Assembly: GCA_008690995.1 (NCBI GenBank) | Contig: VRMN01000004.1 | Coordinates: 434,001 to 498,000 of the forward strand | Reading direction: 5' to 3' | DNA length: 64,000 nucleotides | DNA from: Porphyridium purpureum | Taxonomy: Eukaryota | Part shown: positions 39,789 through 50,660 of the stretch, piece by piece | How the letters are laid out: each line of letters begins with the position of its first letter | Numbering within the stretch: the stretch's first letter is position 1 | Notes under the pieces: generated by a model | What the model was told of the DNA's origin: nothing | The model's input: only the letters and a program-made list of their open reading frames with translations | Database searches by the model: none | Position numbers and translations under genes: made by a program

Positions 39789-40755
39789 TTAGAACACCCA
39801 GTCGGCAAGATCGTCGTCGTCGGCGTCCTTGTTCTGCACCGGCGCCGGTCGTTGATTCGCCGCGTCCAGCACGTCCTGGTCCGCAGGCATCGGAATCGGC
39901 ACTTCGCCACCAGGCAGGTGGTACGCAGCGGCCTCCACGGGTCGCGGGGGCGCTCGCGGTTCCGACGGCATTCCCTGCGGCCGGGTCGGCGCCTGCATGC
40001 TCAGGCCTTGCTGCGGGTCTGCGTGGATTGACACTCCACCAAAGTTCAGCTCCTCAAACGTGCCGTGCATGGTCTGTGGCATACGCGTAGCCGTCGGACG
40101 GCCCTGAGCCATGCTTGGATGCTGCGCATGCATTTGGTGCTGTGGCGCCATTTGAGGATTGCCGTAACCCATGCCCATGCCCATGTGAGGATGATGATGA
40201 TGCTGCTGCTGCTGCGGTGGCATCATGCCCATGCCCATGCCCGGGGGCTGCATGGAAACCTGGTGTTGTGGCGTTGGCGGCTGGGCATTGCCACGGCCAG
40301 CAGGATACCCCTGGCTAAAGTTAGGCCCGGCCTGCTGCATCGAAGGCGCACCAGGGGCCATATTGAGACTGGGCTTGTTCACCTGTCCCAAATGAACGGC
40401 GGATCCGCCGCCCCAAAATTCCTGCTGTTGGTCATCATCCCCACTGTCTGACGATGACGACGAACTGCGGCGCCCTCGCGAGCGGACCGAAGACGAAGAG
40501 GACCCGGAATCAGAGCCAAACTTCACCGGCGCGGCGTCAAAGTCAAATCGATTTGCTCCAACACCCCCGGCGTTGGGCTGCTTCATGTTCATATGGTCCA
40601 TGTTTGCGTTCATGTGCATATTACTCATCGCGACTTGCTGTCCATAATTCTGGTTGAAAGCACTTCCACCTGGCGTCATCATCATGCCGCCTTGAACTGC
40701 GTGTGCCTGCATTTGCGGCTGTTGGTTTTGAGCCAGCCGTGCAGCGGACTGCGGA

Positions 40756-40815
<60 letters not shown>

Positions 40816-42551
40816 CACTGCCTTTGTTGCTGTTGCTGCTGCTGCTGCTGCTGCTGCAGCTGCTGTTGCTGCTGTGGCGACATCATTCCCTGTACGTACG
40901 CATGTCCCTGTGGTGCCTCAGCGGCCTGAGTGGAAGGTGCGACCATGCGCACTGCTTTCTGGTCCGGCATCATTCCTCGCTGCTGCTGCAGCTCATGGGG
41001 TGGCATCGGGTGCTGAGGCTGAGGCACATGCCGTGCAGGCATCTCCGTGCCCATATTCATATTCATCCCATGCATCGGTGGAGCTTGAGCCCGGTCTGGC
41101 GCAGAACCTGGCATCTGCATTGGAGGACGCATCACTCCGAAATCCTGCCCCTGTTGCGCTGGCGGCTGAGGTGGTGGCGGCGGTGGTGGTGGTGCTTGCA
41201 TCGACTGAGCAGACATCCCCATGCCCATACCCATACCAGCAGCCTCCTGCTGCTGCATTGGCATATGCCGGTGCGCAAGACCAGGGGGGGCTCCATGTCC
41301 CATGCCGCCCATCATCATATTGTTCATGGTATTCATCCCACCGACAGGTATCTGAGAATGACCCATGCTCTGCATCGGCATCCCGCTCATTCTATCACCA
41401 AACTCTTCTGGAACAGGCGGTTGCGGTGCTCCGTGGTTGGCCTCTGACCCACTGCTGCTGTCACCGCTGCTGCTCTGTCCATCATCATCCGACGCTACAA
41501 CAAGCACTCCTTGAGTCTCTGGCGGATGTACCCAGTAAGGTCCTTTCGGCGTGAGAGCCGGTGGCAACTGCTCCACGCCGACTTTGCCCTCACGCAGCAG
41601 GTTGACCAGATGAAATGCATTTCTAAACTCAATCAGGTCCAACTTGCCGTCCTTTGTCACATCTGCAAGTGCCCATATTTTACGCAGCACGTCGCGCGGC
41701 AGGCCGGACGCTGTGAAAAAGCCAACAGCTTGCGGACCATCAACGAAACCGTTCCCAAACTTGTCAACCGACCTGAATACTGTATCGTAGCTCCCGATCT
41801 GCCCATTTGTGACCACCCAGAGCTGCGCATCCGCCACGCCTTGCCCTCCTTTCGCGCCTCCAGGCTGTGCTTGCGCACCTTTAGCCGCAGGAGTTGCTGC
41901 AACGGGCGGAGCAGGGGCGACGACCTGGCTTGCCGGAACGAGTGTCGGCAAAAGCTGAATACCTGTGAAATTTCGCAGACCGTTCAAGGACAGATCTGCA
42001 CCGCGCTGCGCAAGTGCGACCAGACGCAAGGCGACGTAAAACTCTTCGCGAGTCACGTACCCTTTTTTCTCGTGATCAGCGAGAGCCCAGATCAGCCGCA
42101 TTTGCGAACGACTCACGTCCTTCGCGCGCATGAAGAACAGCACGGCGTCCTTCCCGGATAGCTTTTTCTCGCGGACGGGCGCCTCCGCCCACAGCTCGCT
42201 GTACAGTTGTGTCTCCTTTGGATTCAGCTTGAGCATTTCCAACGCTTCGTTTTTGGGCTTTTCAAACTCGGGCATGTCTGGCGCTTGAAGAAGGCCGTTT
42301 GTACCGACGCGCGCCTTTCCCCCCGCCGGGCCATGCCCCGTGACGTCCACAGTCGAACCTGCCGCGGGCATCTGGCCGGCGCCGACCCCAGCTGTGCCCA
42401 CGCGCTGCTGGTGATGCATGGGATTCATCCCCATTCCCATGCGCGGCTGCACGCCCATCTGCATGGGCATCGCGCCTCGCTGCATCGGCATCTGCATGGG
42501 CACTCCCCCTGCCGGCATCCCGCCGCCGGGGTACATCCCGCGTCCGTACAT
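39789..42551 (-). CDS. EH-domain (Eps15/Pan1-like) endocytic protein with Gln/Pro/Met-rich tail
   Basis: Two EH domains (LIWALAD...EEFYVALRLVALAQ; SGLPRDVLRKIWALADVTKDGKLDLIEF); polyQ tracts; acidic C-terminus DDDDLADWVF. Confidence 0.9.
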
Positions 42552-42767
42552 CCTGCGCACCACAAATCCTCTCTCTCCTTCTCTCTCACACACTCACTCA
42601 CACTCGTCGTCCCTCCCTCTCTCTCCCTCTCCACCCCCCGCGTCCACCGCTTGTCCCTCCTGCTCTTCCGCCAGTTTTCTGCAAGCCTCTGGGCCTTCAA
42701 CTGCTCTCTGGTAAATCTGTGCTGTTTTAGTAGTAATTCACAACTTAACCGTTAAGCCGATTCACAA

Positions 42768-42843
42768 GGCTAAACGGTTCACCCGCGGCTAAACGGTTCA
42801 CTCGCGGCTAAACGGTTCACTCGCGGCTAAACGGTTCACTCGC
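42768..42843. repeat. 19-bp tandem repeat GGCTAAACGGTTCACTCGC x4
   Basis: Units at 42768, 42787, 42806 and 42825 (one C/T difference in the first); further AACGG copies at 42850 and 42862; between divergent genes. Confidence 0.95.
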
Positions 42844-42938
42844 GGTTTGAACGGTTTAGGAAACGGAACCGGTTGATGCGGGAGAGCAAGAAGGCACGCG
42901 AGAGGGAGCGAGCGAGCAGGAACAGTGAATGCGATTGC

Positions 42939-42964
42939 GTGACTGTGTGACTGTGTGACTGTGT

Positions 42965-42998
<34 letters not shown>
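42939..42998. repeat. (GTGACTGT)n grading into a (GT)n microsatellite
   Basis: Read directly from the sequence, just upstream of the ATG at 43030. Confidence 0.85.
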
Positions 42999-43001
<3 letters not shown>

Positions 43002-43029
43002 TACGTGTGTGCGTTTCGCAGGAAGAGGA

Positions 43030-43491
43030 ATGGGGAAGGAATTGATGGTGGTTGAGCTGCTAGACCAAGTGGATGTGCTGGCCGCGCGTGTAGCAGACAT
43101 GCACAATGCGCTGGCCGACGGGTGGATGTGGATGGCAAAGGATCGTTGTGAACGACCGTGGATTTATGTGGAGGAGACAGTGCTGCAGCGTTCTGCGGAG
43201 CAGGGCGCTGGCCAGACTGGCGTCGTGGTGGTAGATTTGGACACTGGAAATACGGGCGTCGAGCACTCGGCAACTCAGTTTGTGCTCCGCCGCCCGGGTG
43301 AAGCAGCCGCTGCCTCCGCGGAGCCTGCAAGCGGACCTCTGAGCGCGTTTAAGGGAATTCCATCGCAGAATGAAAGAAGGGCGCACGCCTGTTTCGTTGC
43401 GGCGTTGGAAGAGAGCATCAAGGTAATTAATTTGAGGTCTGAACTCAACACCGCGATTGAGCGCATCGACACCAAGTCGACTCCTCCATAA
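43030..43491 (+). CDS. V-ATPase assembly factor Vma22/CCDC115-like
   Basis: LADGWMWMAKDR and GPLSAFKGIPSQNERRAHACFVAALE parallel GW..LA.AR and DPL.WFG.LVP..LR.AQ..F..AL. Confidence 0.7.
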   Translation: MGKELMVVELLDQVDVLAARVADMHNALADGWMWMAKDRCERPWIYVEETVLQRSAEQGAGQTGVVVVDLDTGNTGVEHSATQFVLRRPGEAAAASAEPASGPLSAFKGIPSQNERRAHACFVAALEESIKVINLRSELNTAIERIDTKSTPP

Positions 43492-43757
43492 ATGTCGCCT
43501 CACGTCACGCGTCTTCTCTCCTTGAGCTCGGCTTCTCCCATCGCGCTAACCAGGGGCAGGGCAAAGAGCCCAGGCTTAGCAGAGGTAGATCTGGGGCAAT
43601 AGACGAGCCAGGAGAGCTGCCTCGAACATGGCTCATCCGCTCCGTCTGATAAAGGTCAAGTTCCAGGATTTAGCCACATTAAACGGAAAGATAAATGCCG
43701 AGAGGAAATTAGAAGAGATATTGACGACGGCAAAGGTCGTCGAGGAAGAGCGATGCA

Positions 43758-44540
43758 ATGGGGCAGTGTCTACCCAGTACAATAGACGCACACGTGCCTC
43801 TAGGTCTTCTGGAAGACGAGCACGACTTGGAAAGCGAACAGGCGCAAGAAAGGGGTCGAGCGAGGGGGAATCCTGGCGCCGGAGATTCCTCTGCTGCCCA
43901 GTCATCGTACATTTCACGCGAGAGCCTAGCAAGCGCCTCCGGCTCTGTGAACCGAAGTTTGCGAGAGAGTGAAGGTGGAGGAGTAGCCGGAAGTCATCCT
44001 CCAGCAGGAGCGGCGGCGTCGGCTACAGATTGTCGCGTGAACAGTGAAAATGAGGAAATAGAGCCGTTCATTGCTTTGACGCCCGAGGAACCGCAGCACG
44101 AATTGAGGCACTCGGCAGAACACGCAGCATGGCCGCGGAACCACAAGCAAGCTGGCATAGCTCACACAAAAGATATGACGAAGAGTTCCGCCGAGTCAAA
44201 GTCCGCGAAAGAAGTCACCACGGTAGCTGGAACGTCGGTCGGAACAGCAGCGAACCAGCTAGGTTTTGAGAGTGGTTCGCGCATGCCGCCGCCGCCGCCG
44301 CCACTGGTTGCATGCGCCAGCGTTGTATATGACCTTACTGATGGCAAGGACGAGGAGCTCTGTCCCACATGCCTAGAAGAGTACACCATGGAAAACCCAC
44401 AGATTCTGTCTTCGTGTGGCCACGCGTACCACCTAGCGTGCATTTATGAGTGGCTCGAGCGCTCGCCGTACTGTCCCATCTGTGCGGCGCGCATGGACTT
44501 CGAGGAGCTGCAGGGTCTTGCTGAATTCTGGGCCGAATGA
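43758..44540 (+). CDS. RING-H2 E3 ubiquitin ligase with predicted N-terminal myristoylation/palmitoylation
   Basis: CPTCLEEYTMENPQILSSCGHAYHLACIYEWLERSPYCPIC; N-terminus MGQCL. Confidence 0.92.
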   Translation: MGQCLPSTIDAHVPLGLLEDEHDLESEQAQERGRARGNPGAGDSSAAQSSYISRESLASASGSVNRSLRESEGGGVAGSHPPAGAAASATDCRVNSENEEIEPFIALTPEEPQHELRHSAEHAAWPRNHKQAGIAHTKDMTKSSAESKSAKEVTTVAGTSVGTAANQLGFESGSRMPPPPPPLVACASVVYDLTDGKDEELCPTCLEEYTMENPQILSSCGHAYHLACIYEWLERSPYCPICAARMDFEELQGLAEFWAE

Positions 44541-44616
44541 TGCCTGCGACCTCCTTGTCACCTAAATAAATCTCAGTCATGTCAGTCAAGTCAGGCAACG
44601 AGAGCATGGATGAAAG

Positions 44617-46077
44617 ATGGCGGCGGAACTGAGGTTAGAGGAAGTGGAGCTCGAGGCCAATGTGGACAGCGTGGACGCTTTCCTGCAGCGGCACGACTCG
44701 CGCCGGAACGCGGCACAGGCGAGCGAGGCGTTGCGCCGCTCAACATCCACGCACACGAGCGAGTCGGTTCGCGAGCTCGCCCAGCGCGTGCAGTGGGCCG
44801 GCGTGATCCAGTTGGTTACCGAGCTGCTTGCAGACACCGCACGAACAGTGTACGCACCATGGCGCAACATTCATCGGAAGGACGTCAATGATGCTTTGAG
44901 TGAGCGAGAGCGACACGAAGATCATGAGTCCGGACAAGAGAGGGCGTGGCTGCCACACGAATGTGTGAACTTTTTGACAATTCGCATACTGGCTTACTTG
45001 CGCATGCGACAGGTGACGAACGCAGCCAAGGATCTGGACATGCTGGGCTACCTAGACGATCCGGCGTATTCATACAGTGCTTACCCACAGCTCTACAAAC
45101 AGAAGTCGGCGAACAGTCAAACGCAAGTCAGCCGGACCTTCCGGCCCGATTCAATGGTGCCTTTCGAGTTGCATCTCATGTCGGCTGAAGTGAAGGTGAG
45201 AAAAAAGGACGAAAGCGCAGTTTACGACCTGTACGCACTCGACCGTGCTCTCGACGTTTACATGCACGACATCGAGGAACAGAAGAATGAGGACGCCCCG
45301 CTTGACGAGCAAGCGCATGAAGAGACCAGCTCATCACCACACGTTCCGACAATGCCGCACGAGTCGCGGAAGGGGATTGCGTTTGTGCAAGCCGACATTC
45401 TCAACAAGCGCGCTGTGGTGCTTTCGAGCTTGGTCCACCATCATCTCATGTATCACCACTACCAAAGCGCGATCGATGCTGCGCGGCGGCTAGTCCGGCT
45501 ATGCACATATGCGCGTTCCTTACGACACTTACGCGATTCCACAGACAGCGCACACACGCACTTAGTGTCCCCAGCTTGGCTCGTGCTCATGCGCGCATTA
45601 CTTTACACGGGTCAGCTGGATGGTGCAGAGCGCGTGTTGCAGCTAGCTGAGCGTGACGCAGCCCTGGAGGAGACTTCGTCGGCGTCGGCACGCATCGCGA
45701 TTGACTTGCACGTGCATCGAGGCTTGCTCCTAGCGATGCGTGGAGACATGGAGGGTGCCACAGACGAGTTTGAGGCTGTGAACTTGCTCGTGGAGGATGA
45801 CAGCCGCCACGGACACGCACAAGCACAGATTGCGGCGGCGAACAATGTGGCGGTGTGTCTTGTGCACATGGGGCTCGTTGGAGATGCCATTGAGCGACTC
45901 GAGGAGGAACTACGTGTGCATACAGATCTGGCGCTGGACGAAGGCTTAATTTTCAACTTGTGCACGTTTTACGAGCTGCGTTTCCCGCAGAACTGCACCG
46001 AAAAGAAGAAGGTGCTTGCCAAGCTCAGTGGTCGCCTCGCCCGGCACGGTTTCAATGCCAAGTCAATAACATTGTAA
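44617..46077 (+). CDS. TRAPPC12: TRAPP complex subunit 12 (TPR protein)
   Basis: YSYSAYPQLY, SMVPFELHLMSAE and ANNVAVCLVHMG...LDEGLIFNLCTFYEL. Confidence 0.85.
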   Translation: MAAELRLEEVELEANVDSVDAFLQRHDSRRNAAQASEALRRSTSTHTSESVRELAQRVQWAGVIQLVTELLADTARTVYAPWRNIHRKDVNDALSERERHEDHESGQERAWLPHECVNFLTIRILAYLRMRQVTNAAKDLDMLGYLDDPAYSYSAYPQLYKQKSANSQTQVSRTFRPDSMVPFELHLMSAEVKVRKKDESAVYDLYALDRALDVYMHDIEEQKNEDAPLDEQAHEETSSSPHVPTMPHESRKGIAFVQADILNKRAVVLSSLVHHHLMYHHYQSAIDAARRLVRLCTYARSLRHLRDSTDSAHTHLVSPAWLVLMRALLYTGQLDGAERVLQLAERDAALEETSSASARIAIDLHVHRGLLLAMRGDMEGATDEFEAVNLLVEDDSRHGHAQAQIAAANNVAVCLVHMGLVGDAIERLEEELRVHTDLALDEGLIFNLCTFYELRFPQNCTEKKKVLAKLSGRLARHGFNAKSITL

Positions 46078-46339
46078 AGCCACGACTCTGCACTTCAACA
46101 TCTCACGGAATGCGCGAGACAGACTGCGCGGGCGTCGAACCCTTAGAGGAAGGAAGGTCGGCACCTCGTCATGCAGGCCCGGCGATATCTTGGCATGCAA
46201 TTCCTGTCGTAGGCAGACTTGTTTAGGGATCGTGTGTGCGCGCCTGACTTTGCGTGGCCCCTTGCCGAGACGCTTGGCTTGGAGGAATATGGCGGCGGTA
46301 TGAGTGCTTATGATGATCTCATGCCGACAGCCTTCAGCT

Positions 46340-49300
46340 TTATTTGGCTGGGGATGCGGCACTGAAGTTCACGGACGATGCACGGTTCTGGCATTTTTCC
46401 GACAGTGCCGCCATGTGCGCTGCACAGACACGCACGACTTCACGAAACACACGCACGCGGTCGACCTCAAACTCGTAGTGTGCAAGCGTAGCGAACAACT
46501 TTCGCGACAACCTCGCAAGATCTTCGAAACCCATCCGGAGTGCCACGCACTGAAACGCCGTGTGACTTTTCCATTCTTCAATCTCATTATCCAGCAGACT
46601 GGTACGCTCATCTTCTTGGGTGGCTTTCTCTGCAACTGCATGACGCTGTTTCTGTTCCGCTTGATCCTGCCTTCCCTCCATGTTCTGGTCATTCTCTTCG
46701 GCGACGCGGGCAAGGGGCGCAGCCAATGACGTTGTCGTGTGAACGACTGCCGGTTCCCTCCGCACCTGTGCAACACCGTCGGCATTATTCACGTCCGCCA
46801 CCGGCGGAACTTTCGTTTCCTTTCCCCTTTCCACGTGGCCAGAAGATTCGCTCAGTTCGGCAGCCTCCTTCAACGGGCGGGGTGCTGTTGTGCTTGTGCG
46901 GCTTGCTGAAAGTGCGACTGGCTGAGAATGTACCGGCTTGGACGACCATGCAGCCTTGTCTTTCTCCTTCAATTGCGCGGCCTGGCAGCGACGTGCATAT
47001 ATTTGGTTGCATTCCGCAACGAGCTCGGCGTCCAGGGAATCTGCCCACGCGTGCGTGAAATCAAGCAGACCGTGTGCGCGACGAAGAATAAGTGCGCCTT
47101 CCTCCGTATGCGGCGGATTATAGTGGACTGCATTCTGCACTAGCACATCAATATGCTGCACGAACTGCAGCAGCGTAATGTACTTGCCGTTGTCGTTTGC
47201 CTGACATATCAGTGATAGGTCCACGGGGTTCTTAATGATCTCGTAATAGTCTGGAGCGTCTTCGGGGTCCACGGGACGTGCAAATATTTTGAAGCGGGCG
47301 TCGCGGAGAATGCGAGAAAGGTACTCACGAATCTCAATTCGCAGTTGCCTCAAAAATACTTCCTCTTCTCGCAGTAGCATTTGCATTTGCACAGCTGCAT
47401 GCTCCTGCTCTTCGGCCGAGACAAATGCCTTCGCGGGCTGCCGAGGCTTCAACTTGACAGCTTTCGCGGATTCTGCACCACCTATCGGTAGGGACCCAGG
47501 CACATGACTTTCCCCAACGGTACCCTGCTTGATGCGCTTGCACAAGTCGGTGAGCCAGGCATGTAGGTCTTGTGCGCTTGGCGGCTCCACGCGTATTTGT
47601 ATCGTGAACATGTCAACAATGTCATCGATTTCCGCACTCTCTTCGTCTTCGGTTCCGGTGCTAGATATCGTGGCAAGAACAAAAAGCGGCAAGTTGATTG
47701 GTAGTTCAGAGAGATGCAAGCGGAGCGCGATCTTCAAACTCGGCGATGCGGCCCTGAGAAACGCGTCCAAGTGCTTCAGCAAAATGACGGCGGGAGCCGC
47801 GCGCCTTGCCTCCGCAAATTTAGCACCGAGGGCATCTTCAAGCGACGTACACGCAGCCTCGCTTGCATGCAGCGCGCACAAATCTACAGAAACAACGCTG
47901 AACTCATCCAACCTCAGCAGCACAGCCTTTGCAATCAGAGTTTCAGGACACAGCAAGGCGCTTTCACACTGCGCATCACTTTTGACACCGCGGATTAAGA
48001 CTCGTGCCCCGCCTCCGAAAAAGGACTGCTCGAGTGCCAGAGAAGATGACGGCACGGACTTTTCATTTCCGTGCCGCAGGCCTAACGATTGCTGCAAAGA
48101 TTCCCATACCACGGCTTCTTGCCTTTGCAGCAGAAATTCAACTTCCTTGCAGAGTGGTTCCCCCTGGAAAGCGCCCGCACGCATGCTGGCAGCCTGAACA
48201 ACACTGAGAGCAGCATCAAAATCGTGCTCAGTTACTGCGACTTGGTCCGGGTCGACTTCCCAGAGCTCGTCCCCACCTAGAGGCTGGCCACTCAGGGCCG
48301 CGCTTGTGTTGTACACCTGGGGAAAGCGTCTGCGAATAGCCTGGAGAGCGGCTTCGCCACACAGGCTCTGCAAGTCTGCTCCGCAAAAGCCACGCGTAGC
48401 GCTGGCGACGCGCACGAGCAGCTCGTTGTCTGGCGGTGCCGGCTGCCACCGTCTTGTGTGAATTTGCAGAATACGCAAGCGAGCATCGCGGTTGGGTAGG
48501 CTGAATACAAGCTCCCGGTCGAACCTGCCCGGACGGCGCAGCGCAGGATCAATGGCGTCCGGTCGGTTGGTTGCCCCAATGACCACAATCTGACCGCGCG
48601 ACTCAATGCCGTCCATCAGCGCAAGCAACGTGGACACTATGGACGAGTGAATCTGGTCCTGTTTGGATGAGCGCACGGGTGCGAGGCCGTCAATTTCGTC
48701 GAAGAAAATGATCGCCGGCTGATTCTGTCTGGCGGCTTCGAATGTGAGGCGGAGGTTTCGTTCTGCCTCACCAACCCATTTGCTCAGCACGTCAGCACCA
48801 TTCCGCATAAAAAAGCTGACCCGTGGCACCTGACGGGAAACCCCGCCGGTGACATCATCCTTCTTCACCGTACCACACGCCGAAGCAAGCGCTCGCGCAG
48901 TCAGCGTCTTCCCTGTGCCCGGCGGTCCGCAGAATAATACACCCTTGGGAGGTTCCAGCATAAACTTGGCAAACAATTCCGGATACATCATCGGCAGGTA
49001 AACCATTTCTTTCAAGACGCGCACGTGGTGGTCCAACCCACCAATTGAATCCCAACCGACGTGCGTTTCGATGCGGAGAGGCTCTAGATGCGAGGATCGG
49101 ATGTCGCGTGACTTTTCTATGCGGTCCAATGCCTTGCGAAACGATGCAGCATCCAGCATTTCACCGCCTTTCTTGCTTCTTCCGCCTGCTCCGCCAACGC
49201 CTCGTAAGTATTGTGCGTCATGCAGGTTAAACTCTCCAGACCCTCCCAGAAGAGCGAATTCCGGTGAGTCGCTGAGACCGATGCCACGTGGCCGGTCACC

Positions 49301-50536
49301 AGCATCGCCGACATCATCATCGTCGTCGACGTCGTTCTCGAATGGAGAGCCACGCTCGTGACGGACCGAACTTCGCGCGTGGCGCCGGCGCAGACGGGGC
49401 GAATTCCGCGGAGATGCGCGAAACAGGCGCCGTGCGTCATCCGCACGATGGATTTCATCGCTGCTGCTGGACAATTGTAGCTCCGTGCCTTCGTCGCCAG
49501 AATCAGATTCACGCTCGTCGTAATACGCGCGCCCTGCAGCAGTCGCGCGTTGCGACCGCCTCAAGCTGTATGGTTTCCTTCTTAGTTTTCCTCCCGCAGA
49601 CTTGTTGTTCGGCTTACGAAGCCTTGAGCTCGGACGGCTGTGACCGTTGGCTGCTTTCTGCAGATTTTCAGGGCCCTGAACCTGCACATCTATTCGGCGT
49701 CGAGAATGCGCCTCCATTCCGGGAAAAGCGGCCTGGCTCAAATGCCTATCATCAGTTGGTCCTCCTGGACGGGCTTGCCGCGTTTGAGCACGGCCCGGTG
49801 GTGCTGCGTCGTGCGCTTGGCTAAAAACGCCCGCTTTCTCCTCGTCTCCTTCTCCTGCTTGTTCGTCAGAGAAGGCGCGCCCGTTCTCGAGCGCTGGCGT
49901 ATGGCTGCGGCGCAACTCCGTGCCGCCATCCTCTTGGATGTCCATCTCATTAGAGGCACGAGGTGTAGATCGCATCCGCTTTCTCTCGCGCTGCTGATGA
50001 TGTTCCGGGTCTTCTTGCTTGTCAGAGTCCTCAGCCAACGTATTCTCCAGAAATGGCATGTCCGCGTCGTCAGGTTCATCATCAAGCTCCACGAGCGTCC
50101 CGGGCTCATCCTCGGGCGTGATTGCTCCCCGAAGAGCATATCTTAAGTTCAGGCGACGCCGACGTGCGCTCGCCGCCTCAATGGCAGCTTCCAGTGCCGC
50201 AGCCTCTTTCTTCGATCCCATTCGCCTTTCTCGCAATCTCATTTCGGACGCCATCTCCAGCTCGAATCGTTCGGGTGCCTTCCTCGGTCTCCTGCTTGTT
50301 CGCCTGCGACCCTCATACGCGTCTGACTCGTCCTCCTGCTCTGAATCGTCGTCAGCAGCCCCAACAGCATTCCGTTCGTACGCAACACCGTTGCGCAACC
50401 TTGGCGCCCGTTCATCCCGCCCTTCCGATCTTCCACGCGTCACCACGCCATGCGCCTGTCCCACAGGCCAAAGAGGTTCATCCCCATCTTCATGGCTCAT
50501 TCGCCGCCGCGTGCCCCGTGTGTTGTGCGCTACCAT
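46340..50536 (-). CDS. ATAD2/Yta7-like AAA+ ATPase with bromodomain
   Basis: GPPGTGKT, FFMRNGADVLSKWVGEAER, IIFFDEIDGLAPVRSSKQDQIH, DPALRRPGRFDRE, degenerate second AAA domain and bromodomain FARPVDPEDAPDYYEIIKNPVDL. Confidence 0.95.
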   Translation of the reverse strand: MVAHNTRGTRRRMSHEDGDEPLWPVGQAHGVVTRGRSEGRDERAPRLRNGVAYERNAVGAADDDSEQEDESDAYEGRRRTSRRPRKAPERFELEMASEMRLRERRMGSKKEAAALEAAIEAASARRRRLNLRYALRGAITPEDEPGTLVELDDEPDDADMPFLENTLAEDSDKQEDPEHHQQRERKRMRSTPRASNEMDIQEDGGTELRRSHTPALENGRAFSDEQAGEGDEEKAGVFSQAHDAAPPGRAQTRQARPGGPTDDRHLSQAAFPGMEAHSRRRIDVQVQGPENLQKAANGHSRPSSRLRKPNNKSAGGKLRRKPYSLRRSQRATAAGRAYYDERESDSGDEGTELQLSSSSDEIHRADDARRLFRASPRNSPRLRRRHARSSVRHERGSPFENDVDDDDDVGDAGDRPRGIGLSDSPEFALLGGSGEFNLHDAQYLRGVGGAGGRSKKGGEMLDAASFRKALDRIEKSRDIRSSHLEPLRIETHVGWDSIGGLDHHVRVLKEMVYLPMMYPELFAKFMLEPPKGVLFCGPPGTGKTLTARALASACGTVKKDDVTGGVSRQVPRVSFFMRNGADVLSKWVGEAERNLRLTFEAARQNQPAIIFFDEIDGLAPVRSSKQDQIHSSIVSTLLALMDGIESRGQIVVIGATNRPDAIDPALRRPGRFDRELVFSLPNRDARLRILQIHTRRWQPAPPDNELLVRVASATRGFCGADLQSLCGEAALQAIRRRFPQVYNTSAALSGQPLGGDELWEVDPDQVAVTEHDFDAALSVVQAASMRAGAFQGEPLCKEVEFLLQRQEAVVWESLQQSLGLRHGNEKSVPSSSLALEQSFFGGGARVLIRGVKSDAQCESALLCPETLIAKAVLLRLDEFSVVSVDLCALHASEAACTSLEDALGAKFAEARRAAPAVILLKHLDAFLRAASPSLKIALRLHLSELPINLPLFVLATISSTGTEDEESAEIDDIVDMFTIQIRVEPPSAQDLHAWLTDLCKRIKQGTVGESHVPGSLPIGGAESAKAVKLKPRQPAKAFVSAEEQEHAAVQMQMLLREEEVFLRQLRIEIREYLSRILRDARFKIFARPVDPEDAPDYYEIIKNPVDLSLICQANDNGKYITLLQFVQHIDVLVQNAVHYNPPHTEEGALILRRAHGLLDFTHAWADSLDAELVAECNQIYARRCQAAQLKEKDKAAWSSKPVHSQPVALSASRTSTTAPRPLKEAAELSESSGHVERGKETKVPPVADVNNADGVAQVRREPAVVHTTTSLAAPLARVAEENDQNMEGRQDQAEQKQRHAVAEKATQEDERTSLLDNEIEEWKSHTAFQCVALRMGFEDLARLSRKLFATLAHYEFEVDRVRVFREVVRVCAAHMAALSEKCQNRASSVNFSAASPAK

Positions 50537-50660
50537 CTTTTGTGGCACGCAGTCCACCACCACCACACTGATTTAACACACGAACACATACATGCGTACA
50601 AAGTTCCCGTCACACGTACGCGCATGCAAACGTCTACTCCCAGTGCCGCCTGGGTGTCTG

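Noticed and set aside
40593..41554. Poly-Leu and poly-(Val-Ala) ORFs on the plus strand
   Set aside because: Antisense readings of the CAG/CAA polyQ tract in the EH-domain gene.
42768..42843. CRISPR-like array
   Set aside because: Units abut with no unique spacers, there are no cas genes and the context is eukaryotic.
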